Assembly (NCBI RefSeq): GCF_021028975.2
Contig: NC_059428.1
Span: 152,892,001-152,956,000 of the forward strand
Length of the DNA: 64,000 nucleotides
Direction of reading: 5' to 3'
DNA from: Sphaerodactylus townsendi
Taxonomy: Eukaryota
Shown here: positions 47,241 through 61,370 of the stretch, in pieces
Layout of the letters: each line of letters opens with the position of its first letter
Position numbering within the stretch: position 1 is the first letter of the stretch
Program-made: the position numbers and the translations under genes
Notes under the pieces: model-generated
Told to the model about the DNA's origin: nothing
Seen by the model: only the letters and a program-made list of their open reading frames with translations
Databases searched by the model: none

Positions 47241-49225
47241 GTGAGTGGCGCTTGGACCCTCTCCTGTGGCTGGGGGGGGGGGGGGGATGCGCCCGATCCC
47301 CAATGCGCAGAAGTAGGGCCGCGTGGTGCCCTGCGCCCGGTGACCTTGCGGGCCGCGTGGGCCCCGGCTGGGATAGTGACAGCCCCCGGCGCGGGGGACG
47401 GGACAGCGAAGGGCCCCGATCCCGGCTTGCAAGGGGCTTTCCGGGCACCCGTTGCACGCACCCGCGACTGCAGGAGGCGGGCCAGCGAGGGATGACCTTG
47501 GGCAAAGGTTACCGGGGGTGTCCTTGCCACATGACTCCGGAAAGGAGCAGAGGGGCGGGCAGGAAGCAGCGTGGGGCGGGCTGAGCCAGGGGGCTGGAAG
47601 GCTTTGCAGCTGGGGGGTGGGGGGACGCCCAGCAGATAAGCGGGGGTCCCACGTGCTTCTGACGTTGGGAGGGGGGATTTGCTTGCGTGCTTCTGGAGGG
47701 TGAGTGTGTGTGTGTGGGGGGGCAGTAACGCGACCCACACTGCGCCCCCTCCCCGACTGTCCAACACATCACCTTTGCCCTGGAAAGCTCCAAGGACACG
47801 CCCCCCAGGGAAGGGGGCGGGACAGGGGGCGGGACCCGAAGATCCTAGAACACGCGGTCGCTTTTTGCCTAGTTCTTTCTGTCCTTGGGGAGCAGATAAG
47901 CTGGGGAAGGGTCATTGCCAAGATCCGGGCCCTAGAAGGCCAACACTGTGATGGGGATATTTAGATATTCTTCTGCCCTACACTCCAAAGCATTATCTAT
48001 TGCAACGGAATACCTTGATGGGACAATACAAATAAGCCAAAGGATCAATAGTTTCAGTACAGCAGAGTTTATCCCATTCCAGCCCCCTGGAAGGAGAAGA
48101 TATGCAATTGTGGGGAGGGGTCCTTCTTTGCAAGAATTGCCCCCCCCCCCCACCTCCATTAACTGACTAGAGTCATCACTGCCAAGAGATTGTCTACAGC
48201 GAGTTCCCCAGGCTCTGGTAATAACTAGGTTTGCCTGCCACACACAGAGCGACCCTTGAAGACCAGCTGGAGTCCACTAATCCAGAGCATGGTCAAGGTG
48301 GTTAGCCCTTAGTACCACGCTCCTCTTGTGTCCAAAGACTTTGTCCCATTCCCAGCTTGTTTCGTGATATGCTTCAAGATGCTGCCTTTGGCCGACAGAG
48401 CCCCAAACTGTCTGGGATGGGAGGTCGTAAAGACTTCTGGCTCCCCTATATCCACCTGCTTTTATTTAAATTAGGACTTTGGCCTGCACATGTGGGACAG
48501 AGGCCCAGATAACAATAGCCGCTCGCTAGGTGTGACGTTCCTGGGAAATCACAGCCTACGGGTGGAAGTAACAGGTGACAAAAGAGGAAGTGCGGTTGCA
48601 TGCCTTCTTGAACTAGTGCTCGATCCTACTAACTTTTCCATTGGTACAAGAGGGCCTTGGATCCCCAGGTTCAAATTGCCACTCGGCCACAAAGCTCGCT
48701 AGGTGACCTTCAGCCAATCTTGCTCTCTCTGCTGACCCTACACCCAGCGTTTGCTTCAACAGTCAACAGTCAAGCAGAGAGGGCAGAGGGAAGCGCCCCA
48801 TTGTGAGAGTGTCGGAGGCAAGTCAGGATTACAAACTGTAGGAAATGAAGCTGTTGTTCTGGGCTTTGCATTCTCCGTCCTCTTCCCACCGTGGGCTGCT
48901 TCCTTGACACTGACCTCAGAGCAGAGAGTGCCAACTGGTGCTTGCTGCATTTCGGAGTGAGCCTGGATCGGGTATAGAGTTCGGCAGGAAAGAGCTAGAT
49001 GCGTGTGAACGGACTTAGTCTTACAGATACCACCAAACTCAAAATACACCCCAAAGTGTCCCAGATGGGGCAAATCTCCAATGGGAGAGAAGCCACAGAG
49101 TTATGGGAAACTTACGGGGGGGGGGGGTGAGCAGCAGTCGGCTCTCCTGACAGGGCCCCTGTTTGACTTTGGATTTCTACCAGGGCTGGGTGGGATTTAT
49201 TATTAACTTCGGGTTTCCTCGGTAG

Positions 49226-49353
49226 CTCTGCTCCCAAGCTCGTGTTCAACAGGGTGAATGGCAAGAGACCACCGCTGATGCCACAGCAGATGCCAGCCAC
49301 AGAAGAAAGCTACACGACAGCTCATGAAGAAAATGTCCGGTTCGTGTATGAAA
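49226..49353 (+). CDS. MCRIP2: MCRIP2 exon 3
   Basis: ggtag|(S)SAPKLVFNRVNGKRPP...YTTAHEENVRFVYE(T)|gtaaga, 128 nt. Confidence 0.92.
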
Positions 49354-50562
49354 GTAAGAAAAGCTGGGCTTCTGCCTTTTCCCTCCTCCCCATCTCTCTC
49401 TCTCTCTCTGAAGACAGAATAAGGAGATTGAGCGATGCTGGTCTCTTTAATCAGTGGATAGTTAGTATCTTCAGTCAGTTTCACAGGAGAGGTGGTTTCG
49501 CATCAAGAGGCCCATTTAATTAATTGTTAATTGCAGAGAAGCCAGCGTGATACCGTGGTTACTCTAGGAACTGGCAGTCGTGGACTCATACCCTCACCCT
49601 GCCACCGAAGCTTGCTGGGTGTCCACAGACCCATCACTTGCTTTCAACCTAGCCTACCTGTAAAGATTGTTGCAGATAATAGTGTAGACAGACAACAATG
49701 AATGGGACCCTGAGCTGCTTGGGTTGAAAATGGTATAGATTGTGGAGGGCAGAGTGGAAAGCCCTAGTCATGGCAAATCATGCCTCCCCAGTCAGTAGCT
49801 TTGACAGGAGGTCCAATTCAATGGACTTATAAGGGTGTAACAGTGCTTAGAATTGCACTGTGATGAACAATAACTAAGGCAGCAGTTGGCAGAAAATAGT
49901 TCTCTTGTAAACGAAGCACGGGAGCAAAGTCGAGATAAATTACATGAGCCGAAATCCCCTCTTCTAAAGAACCTCAGTCTTTTTCATGCGATGGGCCACC
50001 CTTAACAGCAGCCAGGCGAGTGCAGAATTCTATACTTTCCCCACCTCTTTCCATGCAGCCCCGTCAGTGAGGAAAGCTGCCATCGGTTGCCAGTTCCACT
50101 ACGGAGACAGGCTCCTCTTCAATAAACAGGAAGTCAATAAAAAGTCACTTTTTCTGCAGAGCAGCTGCCACCACAGAGGGAACCATTTTAACAGAGATGC
50201 AGAATCCCTTCTGGGCAAAGTTGCTGCCAGCTCTTTCTAGGGAAAGCCTTCTGTGCTTTCAAAGAAAGAGCCTTCCTGCAGTTGGCAACAGAGGGACAAG
50301 AAACAGATATCTGAGGTCTACCGGTAATTCTTGCCAAGGCCCTGAACCCACGTTTGGGCAAGTGCTATTATCAGACTGGGATATAACTTCCATATATTCA
50401 CTCATAGATCTGTGATATCCTTCAGTTTCACACATACCTCGAAGATGTGGAAGCCTCTCTTGTGAACAGAGTTGGTGGCCAAAGGAAATGGGACCTTTGT
50501 GGGCGCTTGCTTCCTCTGGAGTCTTTCCTGCCTCACGTCTATCTCTCTTTTTTCCTCTTCAG

Positions 50563-50664
50563 CCTGGCAACAGGTAGAACAGCAGTTGTTCAACAGCCAC
50601 CCTGGAGAAAACGGATCCGGCCCCATGCAGTACACAGACAAGGTGCCCAGCCCGGAACTAAAAG
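50563..50664 (+). CDS. MCRIP2: MCRIP2 exon 4
   Basis: ttcag|WQQVEQQL...GPMQYTDKVPSPELK(D)|gttagt. Confidence 0.92.
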
Positions 50665-50676
50665 GTTAGTCTAAAT

Positions 50677-50824
50677 CAGAGGTAGGGAACCTGCGGCTCT
50701 CCAGATGTTCAGGAACTACAATTCCCATCAGCCCCTACCAGCATGGCCAATTGGCCATGCTGACAGAGGCTGATGGGAATTGTAGTTCCTGAACATCTGG
50801 AGAGCCGCAGGTTCCCTACCCCTG
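50677..50824. mobile_element. Palindromic hAT MITE (degraded relatives ~24390-24515, ~38220-38310)
   Basis: 148-bp near-perfect palindrome, 8-bp TSD gtctaaat. Confidence 0.88.
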
Positions 50825-52875
50825 GTCTAAATGTATGAAGCGGCTGGGTATTGAGTCAGACCCATTCATCCATTTATCTCGGTATAGTCTACTCTGACTG
50901 GCTGTCCAGATGCTCAGGCAGAGAAAGGTCTTCCCTGTCACCTGTCCGGGAATGGATGATGGGAAACAACCCTTATTATTTAGCTGAGGGAACTGGGGAG
51001 AAGAACTTGGGAGTGGCCCTCCCATTTGTGGTCAAGAATGGTGATTGCAGCAAGCCGATAGCTGAACAGCTGGTGGAACAAACAGAACGGCTTTCAAGGG
51101 CTCCCTCCCCCCCCCCCCCAGCTCAAAGCTGCAAGGCATCCACCTGGTGCACACGAAATAGCACAAGTTGGCAGCTTCCTATTTCAATGATGAATAACTA
51201 GTAATTAACACATAATACGTAAAATGACACAGCCCTGCTCCAGCCCCAAATGCTGGCAGGGGAAAAAAAAGAGGGCCTCTACGCTGTTTCCAAATAATCA
51301 CACTGCTGAGTTTGCGCAGGATTTAGTTGGGAGTCTGGGCCCACTGCTGAGAAGCTGTAACCAAAAAGGCCCCCACAAGAGCCCAGTTCATGGAAGCCAC
51401 TGAAAGGCATGAACTAGAAGCCCCGATAGAGCTTCACAAAGGGTATTTTCTTGGGATGGAGAAGTCCCAGGTAGTGATGTCAAGCTCCAGGTAGTGGGTG
51501 GGGATCTCTTGGGGTTACAGGTGATCTCCAGGCGGTAAAGGTCAGTTCAACTGGGGAAAACGGCCACTTTGGATGGTGAACTTTATGAGATTATACCCCA
51601 ATGAAGTTCTGACCCAACCCCACCCTTTTAAGCCTCCAGCACAAACATCTCCTGGCTTTTCCCATCCTGGAGCTAGTAGCCATCGTCCCAGGGTCAAATG
51701 GAAGGTGATGGGTTCCTGTCCTTTCTTCCACCTTTATGTACCTCTCCTAGAGGTTGCGTGAACAAAACCAGATTTGCAAAACACATATTTCACTATCAAA
51801 ACGACCTGATATTCTGTAACCGTAGTAGAGCCAGAAACGACGCTACAAACTATCCTTAAACCTTATCGCCTTCCTAAAATACTCGGTGCAGCATAGAGTT
51901 TTATAACATGAAGTTAAAAGTTAAATAATTCAAAGAGGTCAACCAGGTCGCTTGAACCATTAAACATTTATGTTTAATACCTGATTGAGAATATTTCTTA
52001 ACTTCCTGGTTAAGCTCTAACTTGAAAAAATGGACAAAGAACTGGTTTGTTTCGTTAGTTAGAAATAATGTTTACTCCTGTTTACTCCAGGTTAGCGTGT
52101 AAAAAAAATTAGCCACCTTCAACCAGGTTAACAAAACATCACACAGTTTCCTTTCAATGTATAACTCTAAAATGGAACGAAAAAGGAGTTTGGTTATTAT
52201 TTTACGAGTCACTTTGTAACTTTGCCTGAGGCCTCTCTGTCTGGACCTCGCTTCCCCCCCTACACTACATTAAAAGACTTCCCCCCTCTGCAGTTGCTAC
52301 CTATAAGTTGGTAACCTCCAAGAATTACAGCCGGCCTTGAGGACAGAGGTCATTTACTCGGGGGCAAATGGCTGCTTGGGAGGGCGGACTTGATGGGATT
52401 ATATTTTTCTGAAATCCCTTCCTTTCCCAAATCCTGCTTACCCAACGGTTCACCACCAAACCTCCATGAATTCCCAGACCTGGAGTTGGCCACTGGACTC
52501 CTTGGAAAGAGTCATCATTATTGCACTTTGCTTGCATGATGTTTTTTTCATTTAAATTGGCTGCAGTTTTTCCAGCGCATAATTCACTTATTGAAGCACA
52601 TGCAAAACAGCACAGCTCGTTTTCTTCATGGGGCCTTTGTTTTTATTAACGTTGCTTGCGCTGCGTACGGTATTAAAAACAACGATTCTGCATCGTGACT
52701 CTCCACAACTAAACAAGCAAGATATCTTATTTCAGGAGGAAAGTTTCTTTAAACACAAGCCAAGGAATGAAAATGATGCTTTAGGCCTAGCCTTGGCCAA
52801 AATAACAAAATGGTTGTTTTATTTTATTAAGTACCTTTAAATAGCTAAGCAACATTTTACCCCACGGTTCAAACC

Positions 52876-53010
52876 AGTGGTGGGATTCAAATAATCTAAC
52901 AACCGGTTCCGGTGGCGAGATTAAAATAATTTAACAACCGGTTGTTTACAAGCACTATTTTAACAACCGGTTCTGCCGAAGTGGTGCGAACCAGCTGAAT
53001 CCCACCGCTG
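52876..53010. mobile_element. MITE
   Basis: CAGTGGTGGGATTCA / TGAATCCCACCGCTG ends, internal taacaaccggtt repeats. Confidence 0.7.
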
Positions 53011-53279
53011 GTTGAAACTCAGCTCCCTTTATTTATTTGCTTCATTTATCCTCACCTTTCTCTTTAAAGTGGATCCTTCTCCTCTCCTGCACTTTACCCT
53101 CACAACTTTGTGAGGTAAGTTACACCAAAAGTGTATAACTGGCCCAAGAGAGTGGGGTATTGGAACTTGGTTTCCGGGATACTAGGTCTAGGCCAACACT
53201 CTTAACCACTGCCTTTCCTCCTAGTATTGAACCACACGTTTTGAAGTGATGACTACTGTCTTGAATTTAAGAGTTTGAT

Positions 53280-53658
53280 CAGTGGCGAAGCCACCAGGGG
53301 GCCGGGGGTGCGTAGTGCACCGGGCGCACCGAGTCTGGTCACGTGGGGGCGGAAAAATCCCCCACAGCCCCTTTGGCCCGGCTCCCCCATGGTACCCCAC
53401 TTACTTTTAGGAATGCAACATCCCAGAGAAGAAGCCTGCCTGCATTGCCTGGGCCTGGTGGGAACTACATTTCCCAGGGGCTCCTGGGAAATGTAGTTCC
53501 CACAAGGCCCAGGCAATGCAGGCAGGCTTCTTCGGCCTGCTCCTTTCCTAAAAGTAAGTGGGGTGGGGTGGGGTGCTTCAGGGGTCCGTGGGGGGCCACG
53601 AGGGGGGCGAAAAAGCCAGAGGGTGCACCGGGCGCACTCTGGCCTAGCTACGCCTCTG
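53280..53658. mobile_element. MITE with internal palindrome
   Basis: CAGTGGCGAAGC / GCTACGCCTCTG ends; inverted core around 53430-53530. Confidence 0.7.
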
Positions 53659-54306
53659 GGTTTGATGGATTTTTAGCTCTGGTTCACCGGAAAACCTTTC
53701 TCAACCAGTCTTTGCATTTTGCCTTGGTTCTACTGCACACAATTGCACTTTCCATTGCAACCCTGTGGCATCAACGCAGAGGCAGAAATCGCAAATAAGG
53801 TCTCATATTCAATGAGAATTGTTAGCAGAGCTCACTGACAGTGGGTTTGCCCCCTGCCCCTCTGGCCTGCAACCCTCCATATTCCCTGGAACATCTTCCC
53901 TCATGCTGAAATGGGAAAGGGGAATTAGTAGAAATTATGCCTCCCTCCTCTGCCAGCAGACAACAGGGCTTTTTTTGTGCCATGGACGCTTTTGGTAGTC
54001 TGGTGAAGCCTATGTGTAAAACACATACGATTACAAAGACAGCCAATTATTTTGCCATGCAGTTGTACTAAATTTCATTTAGAGATTAGTAAAAGATGTA
54101 ACTTTCTTCCAGCCAGGTTTTTGGATCCTCCCCACATCTTTACACAGAACCCTAGAGGGCTGAGCATCTGTATTTACAGAATAGAAAAGGGGCTACTGTT
54201 ATATAACACTCTGCCGTCCGATGCCCTTTTCGCCTGCACTAAGATGTCACGGAAAGGATTTTGTTTCCATACCCTCTCACACACATTTCCTCTTTCTCTC
54301 TTTCAG

Positions 54307-54377
54307 ATTTTGTGCCAATAGATCTTGAAGACTGGTGGGCACAGCAGTTCTGGGCCAAAATTAAGAATGGCTCTTAA
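54307..54377 (+). CDS. MCRIP2: MCRIP2 exon 5 (coding part)
   Basis: ttcag|(D)FVPIDLEDWWAQQFWAKIKNGS*; total CDS 441 nt; AATAAA 54725-54730. Confidence 0.93.
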
Positions 54378-57300
54378 TGCAGGATGCAGTAGAACGATTT
54401 TACAACTGAAACACTAAAGTTCGAGGTACCCCCCAAGGCCTGCCCCTGCCCAAGAGGAGAGAGAAGCGTTGGGACCATGGCAGACCTGCTCATTGGCTAT
54501 GTCCACAGCGAGGGGCAGGGAAGAGACCAGACTCTGCCCAGCTGTGCTACTTCGGTGCTGGCTTTTGCACAAGGAATATTCCTGGAGACGGCAAGTTCTG
54601 GATGTGCTGTGGTGATGTGGGAGTGGGCCCGGGGAGGGGCCAGCAGCCCCCACTGTTCTCTCGCTCTGGGCCGGCACGCTACTTATAAGCCTGTGGTGCG
54701 GCCTGCAGCCAGGACTGTTTTCAGAATAAAAGTGCTGATGACATCAGCGGAACGAATGACGCTGTCTGCGAGGAGTTATTGTGGGGAATAGGCCAAGGAC
54801 GCTGGGAAACAAGACTGCGTGACTGGCAAACCAAGAACAAACCAACTAGGAGACTTTGGGTCTAGGCAGAAACAGCCTCTTTGATCTGTGTGACATTGGG
54901 GGAGCAATAATAATCATGGTATCAACATTTACAAGTCCCTAGGTAGCTTTTCCCTCCTTTTGATTCATGCTTTAGCCTAGAAATGAAGTAACATTTTGCA
55001 TTCAGTTGGAAACATTCTGTTCTTCAGGTACAAGCCAAGGTTGACATTCGGGGCTCTAATCACCTTCACAGATTCCTACAGCTTCAAAGCACAGAGCTGG
55101 CCTACCTATCTAGCATGGCTTTTTCTACACTGTACCATTTCAGACAGCAGAAAGGAGAATCTCACGTTTGCATGCGCTCCCATGGAGGGAAGGGAACAGC
55201 CCTTGCACATTTTAAAAAGTACGCTAAGGTACATCCTTGACTCCGACATCCTCTCTTGCTAGATTTCTGTGTGCAAGACATGGAAGCAGCGTTCCAGTGC
55301 AAGTCTCTCTTGCTTGCCATTTAAAACAGCACATGCCAGGGAAGTGGTCCCCATGCATCCATGCAGCAGAGCATTCACAGGCGTAGATGTTCTTCTCCGC
55401 TCCCCTGAGTGTCCATGAAATGCCTCCACGACCAAGCAATGTTCCCAGCCTTGTGATCTTTGCTGTGCCTTGGTTATTTAGTGGTTATTTAATCCAACAT
55501 CTTGGGTTGTCCTGTTGAGCTACAGGCCAACTCTTTTGAGAACTGACACACAGACCATAAAAAGGCATACACGTCACCCTTCTGAAAATCTGGTTTTATT
55601 TTGGAGATGAGAGGGTGGGGGAATGTCATCGCTACAGCCAACTGCAGTACGTAAGAGCCATCAAAGAGCAGATACACACACCACACACACACACACACTT
55701 TTCCGAGACACAGACAAGCCCTGCACTCCTCCCTTTGAATATGACCTCTATCTTTCCAATCTTTTAAAAATATAATTTTCAGATGCAGAGATGCATACAC
55801 ACACAGGCAAAAAACCAACAAAAATGTGAATCACGAGGGAGAAAATCACAGACAGGGTATATATGTCAGAGGACCTTGTACCTATACTCTGTCTCAGATA
55901 AAGATGTCAGTACGGTCAGTTGAGGTGTAGTGGTTAAGAACATTGTATGCAATATATCATCTTTTTGTGAGACAGAGCATAGTTGGGTTCCGTGGCTTCT
56001 TTCATAGATGGCTAATTGTCTGCCAGATGTCACATGGACGGAAATGATCAATGGTGCTTCTCAGTTTCTGACTCCCTCCTCGGCCATTCTTGCGGTAAGT
56101 ACTGGGGCTGAAGCAACAATGGACATCCCAAAATCACAACCCAGATTCGTAAACACACTGTGCAAAACTGCAGAAACTTGTGCAAGGGGAAGATGTCTGC
56201 AGCATAAGCCAGTGCAGAAAACAAAATTAAAAGGGACTTACTCTTCCGGACCTAGGATATCTAGAGGAGTTGGTTTGCCAGTGAAACCAGGCTGCAGGGA
56301 GCCTTTCTTCCTACTGCAAACTGCTTGCTGCAGAGGCAGAGCTACTCACAAAATTGCTGCCACAAAATCCCTGCCACAGGAAACAGAACCAGCCACAAAA
56401 TGGCAGCTGTGGCTTACCTGAAGTCACACAGTGAAGATCCTCGTGCTGCGATAATGGCTGCTGCCAAAATCACTTTTTTCCCCTGAAAAATCTGCACACC
56501 CAATCAAATCTCCAATCAGAAGTCATCCTGTTCTACCCGCTTTTTAAAAAGTGTCAACAGGTCCCATCTGGGGGACTCCTTCTCCAAGAGCCAGAGAAAA
56601 TATCCTCGTGAGTGCATCCAGATAGGGCAGGTTCCTTACTTTCTGATCCCACTTTTAACAGCAGAAATTAAGCAGGTCAGGCAAACCCTGATACTCACAG
56701 GGACGTGTCCCTTTGAGTGTTCAGGAACAGGACACACATCTGTCTGCCATGTTTAACAAATCAGAGAAAGGAAACACCATTGGGAACTCAAATTGGTTTT
56801 GAGATGGGACAACCATCGCCCCCACCCCTGCAAATCTGCTTGAAGCAGTTGAAGTACTCTATTCTCTGGTTATAGACAAATGTACTGGGGAACATGCTAA
56901 ATTGTGACATCAATACTACACAACCTGTAAACGAGTCACTGCCTTCTGTATAAGGGAAAGCAACGGAAACAAAAGAAAGGACTTGCAAATATCTGCACTT
57001 TTCCTCGCATGCCAATATTTTCATTCTGACCCCTTCCGCACGTGCAGAATAACGCACTTTCAATCCACTTCCAATGCACTTTGCAGCTGGATTTCAGTGT
57101 GGAATAGCAAAATCCACTGGCAAATTGTGAAGGTGAACTGAAAGTGCATTATTCTGCACGTACGGAAGGAGCCTCTGTGACGTCTTTGCGTGGCAGAGCT
57201 GAGGCCTCTGCCAATCAAAATGGGGGTGGGTGGATGTTGCCTGTTCCCTGAAGCCAGACGCTCTCTCAGTGATTCTGCGGCCTTGGGGAAAAGTCCAGCA

Positions 57301-59938
57301 AGGGATCCAGAATCACAGCCGCTCTGTCTGAGGTAGGTGGGAGCCAGTGGTACCAGTATTCTGTTCGTCCCTTTTCTGGGGTGCCTGGCCGTAAGTGACT
57401 GAAGCCCTCCCAAGTGCAGGGCCCAAGGCAGCTGCTGCTTGCTGCCCACTGGCTAAGATTGCCCCTCCATGAAACCAACATCTTCTTGCAAAATGTACTC
57501 CCTTCTCACTTATAATCAGGGGAATTGTTGAACGGGTGCAAAAACTCTCCTTTTCAGAGGGCAGGAAGCATAGCCCTCATCCTGTCAAATCTAGGCAGCA
57601 CGGCAGCACTGGTAGGTTGGATCATGCAACATCCATTTCTTATGTCACAAAAGCAACCTGGGGCAGCAAACAGGAGCTAAACATCTCACTACAGAAAATG
57701 CTCGCTCACAAACATTCAACTCGGCCCTTCCAATAATGGAGCTGGCAAACCCAGAGGCGAGCTTATCACGAGGCCAGGCAAGATTGCCACGTTCAGCCGC
57801 AGATTTCAGCAGCAGCGGATTTTGTGGACAAGGCTCACGCAGAATGCCAGGATCAGCTGTGCCACATGTCCATTAATGGGAACGGGTACCAGCCAGACTA
57901 TTTGCATCAAGGTACTGAAGCGTTCTAAGCTCTCCCTGGCCAAACCGGACGGAATGTGAACACCGACATGGTAAATAAGAAGGATAACAAACGCTAATGC
58001 ATTTATATATTTAAAAAGACAAAGGACCCACACTTGATATTCCTTCTTTGAGTTTCCACCTTGGTTGCCTGGCATTGTAAACAGAAGCCGGAGGTGGAGG
58101 AGGGGATATCAGCTCGGGCGGCTGGCTGCTTTAGCATGGACTACTGCAACATCGGGGCCTTCTCTTGTAAATCAGAGCTGACGAACCATGCACAACATAC
58201 ACACACATACACGCTGAACAGGCCTTGGATGGTTTGAGATAGCCTTGGGGAAACCACGGGCTGTCCCTTGGAACATGCAGAGTTATTTCTAGGTCAATTG
58301 GGAAAAATTCAGATTTCCTAAGCATCCCCACACATTTTGGGTGGCACTCTCTTTTACATCACACATCAGAGAGAATCAAAGCATATCTGGGATCTTATTG
58401 GGGCAGCCTGATCGTCGGTTGCACATCACGGATAATGCCACGGGCCTGTGCAATGCCATTAAAACCTAGAAACTAGAACGGAATGAGAAGCAGAAGACAA
58501 TCACGGATTCCTTCTTCACCCTTCCTCCTCCAGAATTCAGATCGCAAATCATTTAAAGATGAGGAATCCAATGTCTATAACATCAGAGACTGGATTTTCC
58601 TCTGTCTCCAGAATCTACTCAGACCACTCTCAGATGTGGTGGCTGAAATCCAGTAGAGGCGAGCCCACAACCGTCTGAGCAGAGCAGAGAGTTGAAAGAA
58701 AACTTCCTAGATACCCAGTTCCACTCACATACAGTGTTACTACAGACACGGCTATCACACGCCACCCAACATGTGGATTATTGGACAATCTCTCAGGCAA
58801 CTAACTGCCTCAGTGGCCAGGAATCGGACTCCTTGCTGGCTGGAGTGCATGAAAATCAAATTCCATAGTACTGGGACAGACTCCTCTGAAGAGGAAAAGA
58901 TGGTAAACTCTAAGAAACATTATTGTAATTCTGAGACCGGCCGGTTCTTGGTTTTCCACATGCACATCAGAAAAGGGTGCAGTTGCTAACACCAGATTGG
59001 GGAGGGGGGGCATGCATTTCTTAATTCTTGCTCAAGGTATAGACAGTGCCCCACTCATCTGTTTGGGCTGGCCCCTAACAAGTAGTTGTGTAAACTCACA
59101 GCTGCCACTGTATGGGGGAAGGCTTTGGGGTTGCTGTTGTTTGTTTTTTGTTTTTTGCTGTGTTCCCATTTGCTTGGGCTCTAATGCGGATATATATATT
59201 TGGTGATCTAGCTAGCAGCATTCTCAGGGCTCAGTGCAGAGCAGGCACCAATCAAGTCTGACACGTGCCTGGGGTGGGGTGTGGGGGACCCGCACTGACC
59301 TCAGGACTGGGGGGGGAGGGGGAGGACATTTGAGACTCTTGTCCCAAAACATGCCTGGATCTACCAAAGCAAGTTACCGGATTTCCCTTTTCAGATAGAG
59401 GTCAAAGCTCAGGCCCTTCCCTTCCACATGGCAATCTTTTTTTTCTGTCAAAGAACCCAAACACTATCTCTGAACATGTTCACCATCATTTTGAAATAAT
59501 ATGCCACCTTTGCCACAAAAAATCCCCTCCCCCCCTCCGGATCTCTTATGTTTTTAAAATACACCTCCATGTTGCAAAAGAAAACCACCATGGGGGAAGA
59601 AACGAACAAACTTCCCCCCCTTGGGTTGTACCTCCACACAACTGTATGGCTACCCTTGGGTTGAGGGGAGGATGCACAGGTCTGGATGAACAACCTTGTG
59701 GTGAGACTTCCCTGTCAAAGGCGAACTCACTGCTACGCAGTCGCTTGGAGGCACAGGGGCTGCTTCCCAGGATCAAGCCACCTCCTGCTGCAAAGGCAAC
59801 AGCACTGTGAAAGAGCCTGGTGTGGCTCAGCTGACGTGGGAGTGACTTGAAGCTGGCAGGGGACACTTCCATGCTCACCAGTGGTCTTTCTGTGGCACGA
59901 TTCAAGTCCGGCCTTTGAACAAGCTTGGTTCGCGCGGT

Positions 59939-60205
59939 AGAAGAAGAGTTTGGATTTATACCCCACCTGTAAGGAGACTCAAGGTGGCTTACAAGCTCCT
60001 CTCCCCACAACAGACACCTGGTGAGATCAGTGAGGCTGAGAGAGCTCCAAAGAACTGTGACTAGCCCAAGGTCACCCAGCAGGAATGTAGGAGTGCGAAA
60101 ACACATTTGGTTCACCAGATAAGCCTCAGGTGGAGGAGTGGGGAATGAAACCTGGTTCTCCAGATTACAACCCACCTGCTCTTAACCACTGCACCACACT
60201 GGCTC
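59939..60205 (-). mobile_element. Squam3-type SINE
   Basis: Same body and tail as 13437-13731. Confidence 0.8.
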
Positions 60206-61370
60206 TCTGGCAGTGTGATCTACAACTCTTTTCTAGAGATTTCAGAGGGAAGAACAGGGAAGGGGTGGGGGATGGTTCCCTTTTGAAGCAGTTAACAGTC
60301 TATTGCACAACAAAGGGCCGACCTAACTCCAGAATGCTTCCCAACATTCAAGCCACATGATACCCTGTGATCTGTTAATGAGATTCTGAAACCATGTCTT
60401 ACTTATCCACTCAAGGCGGCATCGGCTGAGCACAAGCATCAGACGGAATTACGTAGCCTGACCAAGCCGTGCTTTTAACCACCGAGGAATATCCTCTGCT
60501 GATGAATGCTTTCGAAAGCTGATACCGCCAAACAACATCTCTTTAAACAATGACAACCCCCCCCCCCCTTGGAATAACAGTTGTGCTTGTGCGCAAGTAA
60601 GCTTCCAAGTACAAATCAGAGAAGAGGGACTGGACCAGATATGGGCAACCCTCCCCAGGAGAGGCGCTCGTTGGAAATCCTACAAGGATGAGCACCAACG
60701 CTAAACGGGGCCTCACGTTTTTCTGAAAAATAATAACACTTCACACACACCCTCCCCATCTGTTAAATGGATCCAATCCATTAGATCCAATTCAGACTCG
60801 TGGTGGGAAACCCGCTCAATTGAATATATTCTTCTTTCTTCCGTTTTCACGGCCCCAGATAACGTGACTGCTGCAGGAGGAAGCTTGGACGGATGTTGAC
60901 GCAGACAGAGATGTTTTCTTGAATGTACAGACACAGCCAGGTGCGTGTGAGTTGCCAGCACCCCGTAGAAAGGTCATGATAATGGGCACGGATCCAGCGG
61001 GGATTCCAAAGTGCCTGAGAGTATGACGTGCTGAGTAGCGAGTCACCGAAGGCCCAGGAGCCAATCCTGGGCTTCGAAGCAATGGAAGAGCTTGTGAAAT
61101 TCACAGGTTGCTGGTTGCTTCCCGTGCATTTCACACACAGGCATACACCCGAGCACACAAACGCATTCACCCCATGCACGCTCTCCTTCTTGATCCCAGA
61201 AATGTGACAGGCAGGGGTCCTGCCACGCGGTGAGAACGTCCGCCCCTTTTTTCTGCATTGTTGAAGTCATGGTTGATAATATAAATTACTGTCTCTATGT
61301 ATACTATATATACAGGCAGCAGGTCAGTCCCAGGAAACTGAGGGGGGCCTCCCCCCCCTTTAGCCCCGCC

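Noticed and set aside
46233-47738. Long ORFs of 420 aa (+) and 379 aa (-)
   Set aside because: Products of the GC-rich CpG island; they run through a MITE, the promoter and introns, and only the MCRIP2 exon parts are real.
58270-58331. FFPIDLE peptide resembling the MCRIP FVPIDLE motif
   Set aside because: Opposite strand, no flanking homology and no convincing exon structure; likely chance.
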